Numbered from the stretch's first letter, positions 1 through 10,352 are shown. The stretch is DNA of 64,000 bases from an uncultured virus (IMG/VR IMGVR_UViG_3300042691_024885) (IMGVR_UViG_3300042691_024885); one strand, 5' to 3'. A program made the numbers and translations. The notes: a model not told the origin generated them from the sequence alone.

Positions 1-1
1 A

Positions 2-1849
2 ACTCAAAAACTTAAAAACCCAAATATAACACCTACCGAATTTTATGGTTTAATGAATGATTATTTAAATAAAAATACAACATACATTAATACTCTATTA
101 AACATTGAATTAACAAACTTAAGGAAAAAATTACCTTCAGTTAATGTTAGTCCTGTAAATAATAATGTAAGAGCGGATAGAGTTGAGGGTGAACAAACAA
201 GATATGAAACTTGGGAATTATTTAAATCAATAAATGATAAATGGATTTCTGGTGGAGATTTTAAAACTAAAACATTATTTGAAGATGTTTTAATTGTGGA
301 TAGAGCAAGTAGAGACGTTGGTCAACAAGTATATGTGGATGTCTTCAAGTTAAAAAACTTGATTGAATCTTCTGATTATAAAAATAGTCTTTTAAGTATT
401 GTTAATACAATTTTAACAGAAAATAACTTTGTTAGTTTTTCATTACCGGCATACGCTAATTTTTATAATGTTAGAGATGTAAGTAAAAACCCAACACCAA
501 AACCTGAAGGAACTTTAGAATTTGCAAATTCTTTATTCGGAACATTTTTAAATGTTGATTATAGAGAAACATCACCAAAGTTTTTATGTATCTACGCTTG
601 GAAACCAAGTCAGCATTTAAATTTGAATGAGAATGTTGATTATAGATATAGAGACGATGCATTTGATTTGAGAAGATCTTCTGATAATCCTCTTTTAGAA
701 AATTTAACAAATAAGACAAATTGGGATAAATCAAACAAAGTTGTTGGATTTAATGTTGATATTGGGCCTCAAAATCAACAGATATTTAAGCAGTTTGATA
801 TATCACAAGATCCTGGTCAACCAACCGCAGAATCTTTGGAGGTGTTAAATCAAATGGCTAATTTATCTAGAAACAGAGCGGGTTATTCACAAAGTGTTTC
901 CTTATATAATGTATATAAGAATAGGAGTTATAAGTGTTCTATTGATATGATGGGTAATGCTCTTATACAACCAACAATGTATTTTAATTTAAGAAACGTT
1001 CCTATGTTCAGTGGGCCTTATATGATCACAAAAGTAACACATAGAATATCTGAAAATGGGTTTGATACGACATTTGAAGGTCAAAGACAACCATTCTATA
1101 GTATCCCTAAAATAGAGACATATATCCAATCGTTAACAACAAATATTTTAAAGAACATACAAGAACAAATTACAGAAAAAGATAGAGAATCTCAAAAAAA
1201 TCAATTGAATACAATATCACAAACAAGCGGTAAAGTCAATGATGCAAAAAGAACCAATAATGCAACTTTATCTTCAAATCAGAATTGTTCTACATATTTG
1301 GCTGAGGCATATAAAAATTATACGGTTGATGAGAATATTACAAAAACCAATATTAATAAGAAAACTGCGGCTCAAACAATTACTAATATCATGAATACAG
1401 AATTTAAAATTCCGGAAAATGAGGCTAAAAAAGTTGGAGGATTCATTTACGGTATAATGACATTAATGTTAAGTCCTGTTGAAAAATTTGAAACTTATGG
1501 AAACAATTATTCTTTAATACCATTAACAAAACCATTTGGTGAAGGTTTAGATAATATAATGACATCTAAATATTTTTGTCAAGCGAGTGAGAATTTACCG
1601 ATAGCAACTTTTAATACGTTTGAATCGTACGTAAGATTTATGATCTCAAAATATATAACATCAATAAATGGTATTAATTTTAATAATAATGATGTTTACT
1701 ATTCTCAAGGTTTAACAAAATTCTATATGGATAATTACCCATCTAAAGAGAATGCAGATCTGTTTGATAAATTAATTGAACAAGATAAGTCTACGATTGA
1801 AAATATATTTGAATCTGCGTATAAAGAGTATATACAATTGATAAGTTAA
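2..1849 (+). CDS. C-terminal part of a large virion protein, probably baseplate hub / tail-associated (5' end outside window)
   Basis: The frame is open from nt 2, upstream of the ATG at 53. Segment 'CSIDMMGNALIQPTMYFNLRNVPMFSGPYMITKVTHRISENGFDTTFEG' resembles the C-terminal barrel of gp27/GpD-like hub proteins. Confidence 0.55.
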   Translation, partial: TQKLKNPNITPTEFYGLMNDYLNKNTTYINTLLNIELTNLRKKLPSVNVSPVNNNVRADRVEGEQTRYETWELFKSINDKWISGGDFKTKTLFEDVLIVDRASRDVGQQVYVDVFKLKNLIESSDYKNSLLSIVNTILTENNFVSFSLPAYANFYNVRDVSKNPTPKPEGTLEFANSLFGTFLNVDYRETSPKFLCIYAWKPSQHLNLNENVDYRYRDDAFDLRRSSDNPLLENLTNKTNWDKSNKVVGFNVDIGPQNQQIFKQFDISQDPGQPTAESLEVLNQMANLSRNRAGYSQSVSLYNVYKNRSYKCSIDMMGNALIQPTMYFNLRNVPMFSGPYMITKVTHRISENGFDTTFEGQRQPFYSIPKIETYIQSLTTNILKNIQEQITEKDRESQKNQLNTISQTSGKVNDAKRTNNATLSSNQNCSTYLAEAYKNYTVDENITKTNINKKTAAQTITNIMNTEFKIPENEAKKVGGFIYGIMTLMLSPVEKFETYGNNYSLIPLTKPFGEGLDNIMTSKYFCQASENLPIATFNTFESYVRFMISKYITSINGINFNNNDVYYSQGLTKFYMDNYPSKENADLFDKLIEQDKSTIENIFESAYKEYIQLIS

Positions 1850-1876
1850 AAAAGTAAATTTTTCTGTAATTAATGA

Positions 1877-1883
1877 TATTTAT
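1877..1883 (+). promoter_or_regulatory. TATTTAT putative late-promoter motif
   Basis: 15 nt upstream of ATG 1899; the same motif precedes many operon-leading genes. Confidence 0.55.
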
Positions 1884-1898
1884 AATAAAACAATAATT

Positions 1899-2123
1899 AT
1901 GAGCGTAAAATTTATTTTAGATAATTATCTTGGTAAGAACACAAGAATATCAGAGAAAGATGCCGGTAACGGATTTAAAGAAGTGTGTGATTTGGACACA
2001 GGAGATTGTTATACAGTTAGAATGAAAGATGGTCTAATTGAAAGAGTTGATAATACAATGAATACAAATAAAAAAATACAAGTAGAAACCAAGTCAGGTA
2101 TTAAACAACTTTTAAATGGTTAA
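1899..2123 (+). CDS. Hypothetical phage protein (74 aa, CDLDTGDC motif)
   Basis: Clean ORF with A-rich leader, co-directional and tightly packed with its neighbour. Confidence 0.75.
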   Translation: MSVKFILDNYLGKNTRISEKDAGNGFKEVCDLDTGDCYTVRMKDGLIERVDNTMNTNKKIQVETKSGIKQLLNG

Positions 2124-2126
2124 GAA

Positions 2127-2783
2127 ATGAAAATAGACGATAGAATAATTGAAGAAATTAGAAGACACAATTCAATTAATAACTACATTTTAGAACAAGA
2201 AGCTGGTGAATTACCACCACCACCTACCGGAGAAGTTCCGGCACCTGATCTTGGAGCTCCACCCGTAGGAGAAGCTCCCGCACCTGAAGGGGCAGTTCCT
2301 CCAGCACCAGAACCACCGGCAGCTGAAACACCACAACCTATTGATGTTGCAACAGATCCTGACGTTGAAGAAGTTGGTAAAGAAGAAGAGGATAAAGAGG
2401 AACTTGAAATAACTGATTTAGTTGATTCTCAAAAAAATCTTGAACAAAAACAAGAAGAATATTTTAATCAATTATTTAGTCAATTAGAAAATCTTGAGAG
2501 TAGATTGGGTGAGATGGATAAGTTGGTTGGGGCAATCAATTCACTTGAACAAAAAGTTGAAAAATATAGACCTAAAACACCTGAAGAAAAATTGGAATTG
2601 AGAAGTTTGGATTCAGGTCCATTTAATCAAAAATTATCAGATTTTTTTGATGACAAAATGGAAGACATGGAAAAATCTGGAAAAAATGAATATGTTTTAA
2701 CTACTGATGAGGTTGAAGATTTTTCACCAAAAGAAATTAAAACAACTTTTGATACTTATGATGACGAAGATATGATGCCGTAA
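2127..2783 (+). CDS. Acidic Pro-rich/coiled-coil protein, possibly head-internal or scaffold-like
   Basis: N-terminal 'IIEEIRR...ILEQ', then a Pro/Glu/Ala-rich linker and a coiled coil. Confidence 0.6.
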   Translation: MKIDDRIIEEIRRHNSINNYILEQEAGELPPPPTGEVPAPDLGAPPVGEAPAPEGAVPPAPEPPAAETPQPIDVATDPDVEEVGKEEEDKEELEITDLVDSQKNLEQKQEEYFNQLFSQLENLESRLGEMDKLVGAINSLEQKVEKYRPKTPEEKLELRSLDSGPFNQKLSDFFDDKMEDMEKSGKNEYVLTTDEVEDFSPKEIKTTFDTYDDEDMMP

Positions 2784-2787
2784 TAAC

Positions 2788-2807
2788 GAAAGGGAGAAAT
2801 CCCTTTC
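2788..2807 (+). terminator. Hairpin GAAAGGGA-GAAA-TCCCTTTC (terminator or processing stem)
   Basis: Perfect 8-bp stem with a GNRA loop just after the stop; the U-tract is not immediately adjacent. Confidence 0.55.
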
Positions 2808-2824
2808 ATAATTACGATTTTTTA

Positions 2825-2856
2825 TTTGACAATTTACTTTTATACAGTTATATTTT
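2825..2856 (+). promoter_or_regulatory. Putative early/middle promoter TTTG(AC)-N20-TATATTTT
   Basis: The same spacing occurs upstream of primase (47597-47626) and at 49383-49412. Confidence 0.5.
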
Positions 2857-2882
2857 CTACGTAAACTTTTAATTTAATATAT

Positions 2883-3746
2883 ATGGCGACAAACAATGTT
2901 TTAGATTCAGTTTTGGCTCAGTATGAGAACTCAAAACAAGGTAGTTCATCTTCTACCTCAAAAATGTCTCAAGATGAAAGAATGAAGAAGTATTTCGCGG
3001 CAATTCTTAAAGACAGCGAAAAGCAAGGTCAGAAACGAGTTCGTATTCTACCTACATTAGACGGATCTTCACCGTTCAAAGAAGTATGGTTCCACGAGAT
3101 CCTTGTGGACGGAAAATGGCAAAAGTTTTATGATCCGGGAAAAAATGACAATGAACGTTCACCTCTTAATGAAGTTTATGAGGAACTTATGTCAACAGGA
3201 AAAGATTCCGACAAAGAACTTGCTAAACAATATAAAGCTCGTAAATTTTATATTGTAAAAGTAGTTGATCGTGATAACGAGCAAGATGGTGTTAAATTTT
3301 GGCGTTTTAAACACAATTACAAACAAGAAGGAATTCTTGATAAGATTATTCCTATTTGGAAGGCAAAAGGTGATATTACTGATTCTGATAAAGGACGTGA
3401 TTTGATTTTGGAATTGACCAAAGCGAAAACACCTAAAGGTGCGGTTTATACTGTGATCCAAACAGTAATGTATGATGATCCTGCACCAATCCACGAAGAC
3501 AAGGAAACTGCAGATTCTTGGGTTAATGATGAATTAACTTGGGAAGATGTCTATTCAAAGAAACCTGTTGAGTATCTTGAGGCAATTGCAAGAGGAGAAA
3601 CTCCACGTTGGGATTCCGAAAAAGGAGGATACGTTTACTCAAACGACGAAGTTGGGGAAACATCAATTGGAGGTACAAAATCAGAGTCAAAACCATCTGT
3701 TGATCCACAAGTAGATGAAGAGGTAGATGAAGAGTTACCATTCTAA
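2883..3746 (+). CDS. Single-stranded DNA-binding protein, T4 gp32-like
   Basis: Motifs 'VRILP...SPFKEVWFH', 'ARKFYIVKVVDRD' and 'GRDLIL'; acidic tail ending 'EELPF'; first gene of the replication block. Confidence 0.85.
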   Translation: MATNNVLDSVLAQYENSKQGSSSSTSKMSQDERMKKYFAAILKDSEKQGQKRVRILPTLDGSSPFKEVWFHEILVDGKWQKFYDPGKNDNERSPLNEVYEELMSTGKDSDKELAKQYKARKFYIVKVVDRDNEQDGVKFWRFKHNYKQEGILDKIIPIWKAKGDITDSDKGRDLILELTKAKTPKGAVYTVIQTVMYDDPAPIHEDKETADSWVNDELTWEDVYSKKPVEYLEAIARGETPRWDSEKGGYVYSNDEVGETSIGGTKSESKPSVDPQVDEEVDEELPF

Positions 3747-3767
3747 AAAAAAGATATCCTATATCGT

Positions 3768-3800
3768 AGGTAGTGATTTACAATGTCACTACCTTTTTTT
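3768..3800 (+). terminator. Rho-independent terminator
   Basis: 9-bp stem AGGTAGTGA / TCACTACCT followed by a T run. Confidence 0.75.
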
Positions 3801-3825
3801 ATCTTTTTAAAAAACAGATTTAACT

Positions 3826-4821
3826 ATGGCAATTAAGAAAAAAGAAATAACGTTAGAGTCAATAAAGAGTAAATACTCAACAAAAACAAAATACAAACCT
3901 GAGTCATATTATAATTGTGGTGAAGCGTTTATGGATGCTTGTGGTTTACCTGGGCCTATTATGGGTGGTATAAATATGTTTTTGGGACACTCAAATTCAT
4001 CTAAAACAACCGCAATGATTTTGGCGGCGGCAGATGCACAAAAAAAGGGTCATCTTCCTGTTTTTATCATTACTGAAAGAAAATGGTCTTGGAAACACGC
4101 AGTTGAATTAGGGTTAGAAGCGGAACAAACAGAAGAAGGTGATTGGGATGGAATGTTCATTTTTAATGATTCTTTTGATTATATTGAGCAAGTAACTGAT
4201 TTTATCAATGATTTGATTGACGCTCAAGAAAAAGGGGATATACCTTATAATTTGTTATTTTTATGGGACTCTGTCGGATCTATCCCATGTAAAATGACAT
4301 ATGATGGTAAAGGTGGTAAACAACACAATGCCGCGGCTTTGGCGGATAAAATAGGTATGGGAATTCACTCAAGGATTGCCAAATCAAAGAAGGAAGATTA
4401 TCCATACTATAACACAATGGTTGTTGTTAATCAGCCTTGGGTTGATCTACCTGATAACCCATTTGGTCAGCCTGAAATCAAGGCAAAGGGTGGTGAGGCA
4501 CTTTGGTTGGCGTGTTCATTTGTGTTCCTATTTGGAAATCAGAAAAAGGCGGGTATTAATCATATTACCGCAACTAAAAACGGTAGAACCGTGTCTTATG
4601 CGATTAGAACGAAAATATCGGTTCTTAAAAATCACGTAAATGGTATTTCATATAAAGACGGTAAAATAATTGCCGTACCTCAAGGATATATAAAAGATGA
4701 TAAAGCAGCGTTGGATTCATATAAAAAGGATTATTCGGATTATTGGAATAAAATTCTTGGAGGAGATGGAGAAATTAAGTTTAAAGATGAGTATGTATCC
4801 ACCAATGAAGAAGAAGATTGA
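3826..4821 (+). CDS. uvsX: RecA/UvsX-like recombinase
   Basis: Walker A-like 'GHSNSSKTT', Walker B 'FLWDSVG', 'VVVNQ' and 'KGGEAL' RecA motifs. Confidence 0.88.
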   Translation: MAIKKKEITLESIKSKYSTKTKYKPESYYNCGEAFMDACGLPGPIMGGINMFLGHSNSSKTTAMILAAADAQKKGHLPVFIITERKWSWKHAVELGLEAEQTEEGDWDGMFIFNDSFDYIEQVTDFINDLIDAQEKGDIPYNLLFLWDSVGSIPCKMTYDGKGGKQHNAAALADKIGMGIHSRIAKSKKEDYPYYNTMVVVNQPWVDLPDNPFGQPEIKAKGGEALWLACSFVFLFGNQKKAGINHITATKNGRTVSYAIRTKISVLKNHVNGISYKDGKIIAVPQGYIKDDKAALDSYKKDYSDYWNKILGGDGEIKFKDEYVSTNEEED

Positions 4822-5855
4822 TTGTCAAACAATTTAAAAAAATTATAATGACCAAAACACTTATTGTTGATGGTAACAATTTGTTAAAAATAGGATTTCA
4901 CGGTGTTAAAGATTTCTTTAATGGATCAGAACACGTTGGTGGAACTTGGCATTTTTTAAACACCTTACGTAAATTTTTAGAGGAAACAAACTTTAATAAA
5001 GTAGTTGTCTTTTGGGATGGAGATAAAAATTCATCCCAAAGAAAACTATTATACCCAAAGTATAAGGGAAATAGAAAGTCTTCATATACTGAAGAAAAAG
5101 AAAATTCATTTCTTAACCAAAAAAATAGAATAAAACAATATTTGGAAGAAATGTTTGTTAGACAACTTGAAGTTGAAAATGCTGAAGCGGATGATTTAAT
5201 TGCTTATTATTGTCAAATATCATCAGATGAACACAAAACTATATTCTCAAGCGATAAGGATCTCACGCAATTAATTTCAAGTAATGTATCCATATATTCA
5301 CCACAACAAAAAAGATATTATAGGGTTGGGGATAACATTAAATTTAAGGATTGTAGTATACCACACTACAACGTAAAAACATTTAAAATACTTGCTGGTG
5401 ATACATCCGATAATATTGATGGAATAAGTTTAATGGGAGAAAAAACATTAATAAAATTATTCCCTGAAATACTTGATTCAGAGATTTCATTTACTGATAT
5501 TTTAACAAAGGGTAAAACATTACTCCAAGAACAAACTAAAAGTGTTGTTTTAAACAATCTAATAGTTGGTAAAACAAAAGATGGTATTTTTGGGAATAAG
5601 TTTTATGAAATAAATGAAAAGTTGGTTGATTTATCTAAACCAATGATAACAGAAGAAGGTAAAGAATTGGTTAAACAATACTATTCCGAAAGTTTAGATC
5701 CTGATGGTAGAGGATATAGAAATCTGATTAGAATGATGATGGATGACGGATTTTTTAAGTACTTACCAAAAGGTGATGACAATTGGGTTGAGTTTTTAAA
5801 ACCATTTTTAAAATTAACAAGAAAAGAAAAAACAAATTACAGAAACAAAAAATGA
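4818..5855 (+). CDS. 5'-3' exonuclease / flap endonuclease (T4 RNase H, PolI N-terminal family); ATG at 4848 may be the true start
   Basis: Motifs 'LIVDGNNL', 'YKGNR', 'EADDLIA', 'SSDKDLTQL' and 'GDTSDNIDGI..MGEKT'. Confidence 0.9.
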   Translation: MIVKQFKKIIMTKTLIVDGNNLLKIGFHGVKDFFNGSEHVGGTWHFLNTLRKFLEETNFNKVVVFWDGDKNSSQRKLLYPKYKGNRKSSYTEEKENSFLNQKNRIKQYLEEMFVRQLEVENAEADDLIAYYCQISSDEHKTIFSSDKDLTQLISSNVSIYSPQQKRYYRVGDNIKFKDCSIPHYNVKTFKILAGDTSDNIDGISLMGEKTLIKLFPEILDSEISFTDILTKGKTLLQEQTKSVVLNNLIVGKTKDGIFGNKFYEINEKLVDLSKPMITEEGKELVKQYYSESLDPDGRGYRNLIRMMMDDGFFKYLPKGDDNWVEFLKPFLKLTRKEKTNYRNKK

Positions 5856-6310
5856 AAAGTATGAGAGAACAAGAATTTACAAAAGTTGAATTCCTTTTGA
5901 AATGTAACGAGAGTATTATCGTACAAAGATTTTTTAATGTTAGAGATTTTAATCCCGAATCTAAAAAATCTATGGAATTATATGATTATGTAAAACAGGT
6001 ATGCGACAACATGAAAAAAGATCTCAAGATGAGAACGGTTGTTTATATGTTGGAAAATCAATACGAAATTCAGGAGAATCCTGAAATTTTAAATACGTCT
6101 TATACCGATGGAGATGAGAATTATCATATGATTATTAAGACATCAGATATGACAATTTGTCATAGAATATTTGACGCTAAACTATACCCACCAAAGGTAA
6201 GATACACCGTAGACCTACGCCCGTACCTAAAAGGTATATTATCTGATCTAACTGACATTTTTTCAGGTAAAAATTTTAATTTTGAATACGCTGGATTTAA
6301 TATAGCTTGA
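5852..6310 (+). CDS. Hypothetical protein in replication operon
   Basis: ATGA overlap with the upstream gene; 152 aa. Confidence 0.7.
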   Translation: MKSMREQEFTKVEFLLKCNESIIVQRFFNVRDFNPESKKSMELYDYVKQVCDNMKKDLKMRTVVYMLENQYEIQENPEILNTSYTDGDENYHMIIKTSDMTICHRIFDAKLYPPKVRYTVDLRPYLKGILSDLTDIFSGKNFNFEYAGFNIA

Positions 6311-6343
6311 TAGTATTTATCTTTACAAGGGAGAAAAAAAACT

Positions 6344-7723
6344 ATGGCGACAAAGAAAAATTTTGATTATTTAGGGAGTAATTTTCAGATTCAATTATTG
6401 AATCAAATTATTTTAGACAAAGAATTTGCACATTCTATTATTGATGTAATTTCACCAACTTATTTTGAAAATAAGTACTTTAAATTAATCATCCAAATGA
6501 TTAAGGAATACTATAAAAAGTATAACCACACACCTTCATTTGACACACTAGAACAAATTACTAAATCCGAATTACAACAAGAGGTTGCATCCAAAATTGT
6601 ATTGGATATGATCGGTAAAATTAAGGACGCACCTATAGATGGAGGGGATTTTGTACAAGAAAAGGCTCTTAAATTTTGTAAGCAACAAGAGGTTGTTAAA
6701 GTAATGACCAAAGCTCAAAAAATTGTTGATGGTGGAGAATTTGAAAGTTATGATACCATTGAGGAAATGTTTAGAGAAGCTCTTCAGGTTGGTGAAAAAG
6801 ACATTAGTAATTTAAATGTGTTTAGTAATTTGGATCAGGTGTTGGATGATGATTACAGACACCCAATCCCAATGGGAATTCCTGGTATTGACAGACTACT
6901 AAAAGGTGGTTTGGCTAAGGGTGAGATTGGTGTTATATTGGCACCAACTGGGGTTGGAAAATCAACATTCTTAACCAAGATCTCAAATCACGCATTTAAC
7001 TTAGGTAATAACGTACTTCAGATCTTTTTTGAGGATAACCCAAAGATAATTCAGCGTAAACACATTACTCTTTGGACTAAGATTCATCCTGACGAATTGT
7101 CAGACAAAAAAGAAGAAGTTCTCAACAAATTGGATGAGATTCAAAAAGAAATGCCTAATCAACTAATCTTAAAAAAATTACCATCTGACACAAAAACAAT
7201 GTTGCAGATCAAAAACGAAATCAGAAAAATGATTGCAGATGGTAATAAAATAGATATGGTTGTTTTAGATTATATTGATTGTGTTGTTCCTGACAAAAAT
7301 TTAGGTGATGAATGGAAGAGCGAAGGATCTGTAATGAGAGGTTTTGAAGCAATGTGTCATGAATTGAACATTGTTGGATGGACTGCAACTCAAGGAAATA
7401 GATCTTCAATCTCATCGGAAGTTGTTACAACAGATCAAATGGGAGGATCAATTAAAAAAGCTCAAGTTGGACACGTAATTATTTCTGTTGCAAAAACATT
7501 ACAACAGAAAGAACTAAAATTAGCCACAATTGCAATTACCAAGTCTCGTATCGGAGATGATGGTGTGGTGTTTGAAAATTGTAAGTTTGACAACTCAATG
7601 CTTGAGATTGATACCGAAAGTTCAATGACATTTTTAGGTATTGAAGAACAAAAAGAAGAAAGACAACGTCAACGAGTTAAAGAGTTGATGGAAAAAAGAA
7701 AACAAAAAGAATCAAAAAATTAA
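6344..7723 (+). CDS. dnaB: Replicative DnaB-like (T4 gp41-type) helicase
   Basis: Walker A 'APTGVGKST', Walker B 'VVLDYID', plus 'TATQGNR' and 'KSRIG'. Confidence 0.92.
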   Translation: MATKKNFDYLGSNFQIQLLNQIILDKEFAHSIIDVISPTYFENKYFKLIIQMIKEYYKKYNHTPSFDTLEQITKSELQQEVASKIVLDMIGKIKDAPIDGGDFVQEKALKFCKQQEVVKVMTKAQKIVDGGEFESYDTIEEMFREALQVGEKDISNLNVFSNLDQVLDDDYRHPIPMGIPGIDRLLKGGLAKGEIGVILAPTGVGKSTFLTKISNHAFNLGNNVLQIFFEDNPKIIQRKHITLWTKIHPDELSDKKEEVLNKLDEIQKEMPNQLILKKLPSDTKTMLQIKNEIRKMIADGNKIDMVVLDYIDCVVPDKNLGDEWKSEGSVMRGFEAMCHELNIVGWTATQGNRSSISSEVVTTDQMGGSIKKAQVGHVIISVAKTLQQKELKLATIAITKSRIGDDGVVFENCKFDNSMLEIDTESSMTFLGIEEQKEERQRQRVKELMEKRKQKESKN

Positions 7724-7745
7724 TAAACAAATTAAATTAAAAAAA

Positions 7746-9605
7746 ATGGACATTTCACAGAAAATATTGAGTGATATTACCGTGTATATGAAATATGCGA
7801 AATATGATCCCGAAAAACAAAGAAGAGAAACTTGGGAAGAACTGGTGACAAGAAATAAAGAAATGCACCAAAAAAAATACCCTCAAATTAAAGATGAGAT
7901 TGAAGAGGTATATAAGATGGTGTACGATAAAAAGATTTTACCATCTATGAGATCACTTCAGTTTGGAGGTAAACCAATTGAAATTTCACCAAATAGAATC
8001 TACAATTGTGCATATCTACCTATTGATCATGTGGATGCGTTTTCAGAAACAATGTTCCTTCTTTTAGGTGGAACTGGAGTTGGGTTCTCAGTACAAAAAC
8101 ATCACGTAGACAAACTACCTGAAATTTTAAAACCAAATCCAAATAGAACAAGAAGATATCTGATCGGTGATAGTATTGAAGGGTGGGCAGATGCAATTAA
8201 AGTATTACTTGAGTCATATTTTGGACACAAGTCATCAACACCTATTTTTGATTTTTCTGATATTCGTCATAAAGGAGCTCTTTTAGTAACATCAGGAGGA
8301 AAAGCACCAGGACCTCAACCACTTAAAGATTGTATTCATAACATTAAAAAAGTTTTGGACGCAAAGAATGATAATGAGAAACTTTCCCCTATTGAAGTAC
8401 ATGATATTGTATGTCATATTGCGGATGCGGTTCTTGCGGGAGGTATTCGTAGAGCGGCACTTATTTCACTATTCTCCGCAGATGATGATGAAATGATTTC
8501 ATGTAAGTCTGGGGCGTGGTGGGAACAAAACCCACAAAGAGGTAGAGCAAACAATTCTGCGGTTCTTTTGAGACATAAAATTACTCAAGAATATTTTATG
8601 GATCTATGGAAGAGAATTGAATTGTCAGGAGCGGGTGAACCGGGTATTTACCTATCTAACGATAAGGATTGGGGTACAAACCCATGTTGTGAGATTGCAC
8701 TTCGTCCATATCAGTTCTGTAATCTTTGTGAGGTAAATGCTTCTGATATTGAATCACAAGAGGATTTTGATAAGAGAGTTAGAGGAGCGGCTTTTATTGG
8801 TACTCTACAGGCGGGTTATACCGATTTCCATTATCTTCGTGATGTATGGAAAAGAACAACGGAAAAGGATGCCCTTATTGGTGTTGGAATGACGGGTATT
8901 GGATCTGGTGTTGTTTTGGGTTATGATATGAAAGCAGCAGCAAAGGCGGTTAAAGAGGAGAATGAGAGAGTTGCTTCTTTGATTGGTATTAATAAAGCCG
9001 CAAGAACAACAACAGTAAAACCTTCAGGAACATCATCACTTGTCCTTGGAACCTCATCGGGTATTCATGCTTGGCATAATGATTATTATCTAAGAAGAAT
9101 TAGAGTAGGTAAGAATGAGGCGATCTATACTTACCTATCAATTTATCATCCTGAACTTATTGAAGATGAGTTCTTCCGACCTCATGATACTGCGGTTATT
9201 ACAATCCCTCAAAAATCACCTGAAGGATCAATATTGAGACACGAATCTGTATTCCAAATGTTGGAAAGAGTGAAGAAAGTTTCACAAGAATGGGTTAGAT
9301 CTGGACATAGAACTGGTCAAAATACTCACAACGTATCTGCAACAGTTTCTATTAAGGAAGATGAGTGGGATCTTGTTGGTGATTGGATGTGGAATAACAG
9401 AGATCATTATAATGGTCTTTCGGTATTACCCTATAATGGTGGGACATATACCCAAGCACCGTTTGAGGATTGTGATAAAGAAACCTTTGAAAAATTACTT
9501 AATACATTAAATGATGTAGATTTAACAAAGGTTGTTGAATTACAAGATAATACAGATCTTCGTGGTGAGGCGGCTTGTGCCGGTGGAGCTTGTGAAATAG
9601 TATAA
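7746..9605 (+). CDS. nrdJ: Class II (adenosylcobalamin-dependent) ribonucleotide reductase, monomeric type
   Basis: Motifs 'PSMRSLQFGG', 'NCAY', 'GGIRRAALI', 'TNPCCEI', 'VKPSGT' and C-terminal 'CAGGACEI'; no small-subunit gene adjacent. Confidence 0.9.
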   Translation: MDISQKILSDITVYMKYAKYDPEKQRRETWEELVTRNKEMHQKKYPQIKDEIEEVYKMVYDKKILPSMRSLQFGGKPIEISPNRIYNCAYLPIDHVDAFSETMFLLLGGTGVGFSVQKHHVDKLPEILKPNPNRTRRYLIGDSIEGWADAIKVLLESYFGHKSSTPIFDFSDIRHKGALLVTSGGKAPGPQPLKDCIHNIKKVLDAKNDNEKLSPIEVHDIVCHIADAVLAGGIRRAALISLFSADDDEMISCKSGAWWEQNPQRGRANNSAVLLRHKITQEYFMDLWKRIELSGAGEPGIYLSNDKDWGTNPCCEIALRPYQFCNLCEVNASDIESQEDFDKRVRGAAFIGTLQAGYTDFHYLRDVWKRTTEKDALIGVGMTGIGSGVVLGYDMKAAAKAVKEENERVASLIGINKAARTTTVKPSGTSSLVLGTSSGIHAWHNDYYLRRIRVGKNEAIYTYLSIYHPELIEDEFFRPHDTAVITIPQKSPEGSILRHESVFQMLERVKKVSQEWVRSGHRTGQNTHNVSATVSIKEDEWDLVGDWMWNNRDHYNGLSVLPYNGGTYTQAPFEDCDKETFEKLLNTLNDVDLTKVVELQDNTDLRGEAACAGGACEIV

Positions 9606-9608
9606 GTT

Positions 9609-9836
9609 ATGACAGTTCACTCATCTAAAGATTGGATACAAGAATTATTTGTGAAGGAGTTTGTAACACCCAAACTCCTTCCAAGTGATTTTTACTACGA
9701 TAAAGAAGGAAGAATGGTTATGACCGAATCTTATCACATAAGAAGAGGTAAATGTTGCGGTAGTGGATGTTTAAATTGTCCATATGAACCTAGACATCAG
9801 AGAGGTACTACAAACTTACAGAAATCACAACAATGA
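9609..9836 (+). CDS. Small Cys-rich protein, DUF5522-like
   Basis: 'VMTESYHIRRGKCCGSGCLNCPY' motif. Confidence 0.7.
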   Translation: MTVHSSKDWIQELFVKEFVTPKLLPSDFYYDKEGRMVMTESYHIRRGKCCGSGCLNCPYEPRHQRGTTNLQKSQQ

Positions 9837-9850
9837 GTTGTGATTTTTTT
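9822..9850 (+). terminator. Rho-independent terminator ending the replication block
   Basis: 10-bp stem AAATCACAAC / GTTGTGATTT with a 5-nt loop and a T run. Confidence 0.75.
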
Positions 9851-9888
9851 ATTTAATTAAAAATATTCTAACAGTATATTTATGTTAT

Positions 9889-10347
9889 ATGGCAAATGGT
9901 ATTACATATGGTATTAGTTTTCCTTTTTTAGATTCTTACGTTGGTAAATATTTGGATTGTTCTGACACACCTGATGAGGAAATAAGAAATAATTTGGTTC
10001 ATCTACTTTTAAGTAAAAAAGGTACTAGATATTTTTTACCTGATTTTGGTAGTAGATTGTATGAATACATTTTTGAACCATTAGATGGGCCTACGTTCAG
10101 TGAAATTGAATCAGAAATAAGACAATCGGTTGAAACCTATTTACCTGGAATAACAATAACTAATATAAAAATAACCGACGCTTCCGATGGGGAGGAAAAC
10201 AAAGGGACTTATGTGAATGGTGAAGGTAATAGAGAGTATACCGTACCAAACATATCTCAATTGGAACATACCGCAAAAATAAGAATAGATTATAAAAACA
10301 CAAATTCAGCATTTGAATCAAGTGATTTTGTGATCATTAATATATAA
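9889..10347 (+). CDS. Baseplate wedge protein gp25/GpW-like
   Basis: 'NLVHLLLSKKGTRYFLPDFGSRLYEYIFEP' signature. Confidence 0.9.
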   Translation: MANGITYGISFPFLDSYVGKYLDCSDTPDEEIRNNLVHLLLSKKGTRYFLPDFGSRLYEYIFEPLDGPTFSEIESEIRQSVETYLPGITITNIKITDASDGEENKGTYVNGEGNREYTVPNISQLEHTAKIRIDYKNTNSAFESSDFVIINI

Positions 10348-10352
10348 TTGTT

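Noticed and set aside
6344..9605. Inteins or introns in the helicase or RNR
   Set aside because: Both have ordinary lengths and contiguous motifs, with no intein or homing-endonuclease signatures.
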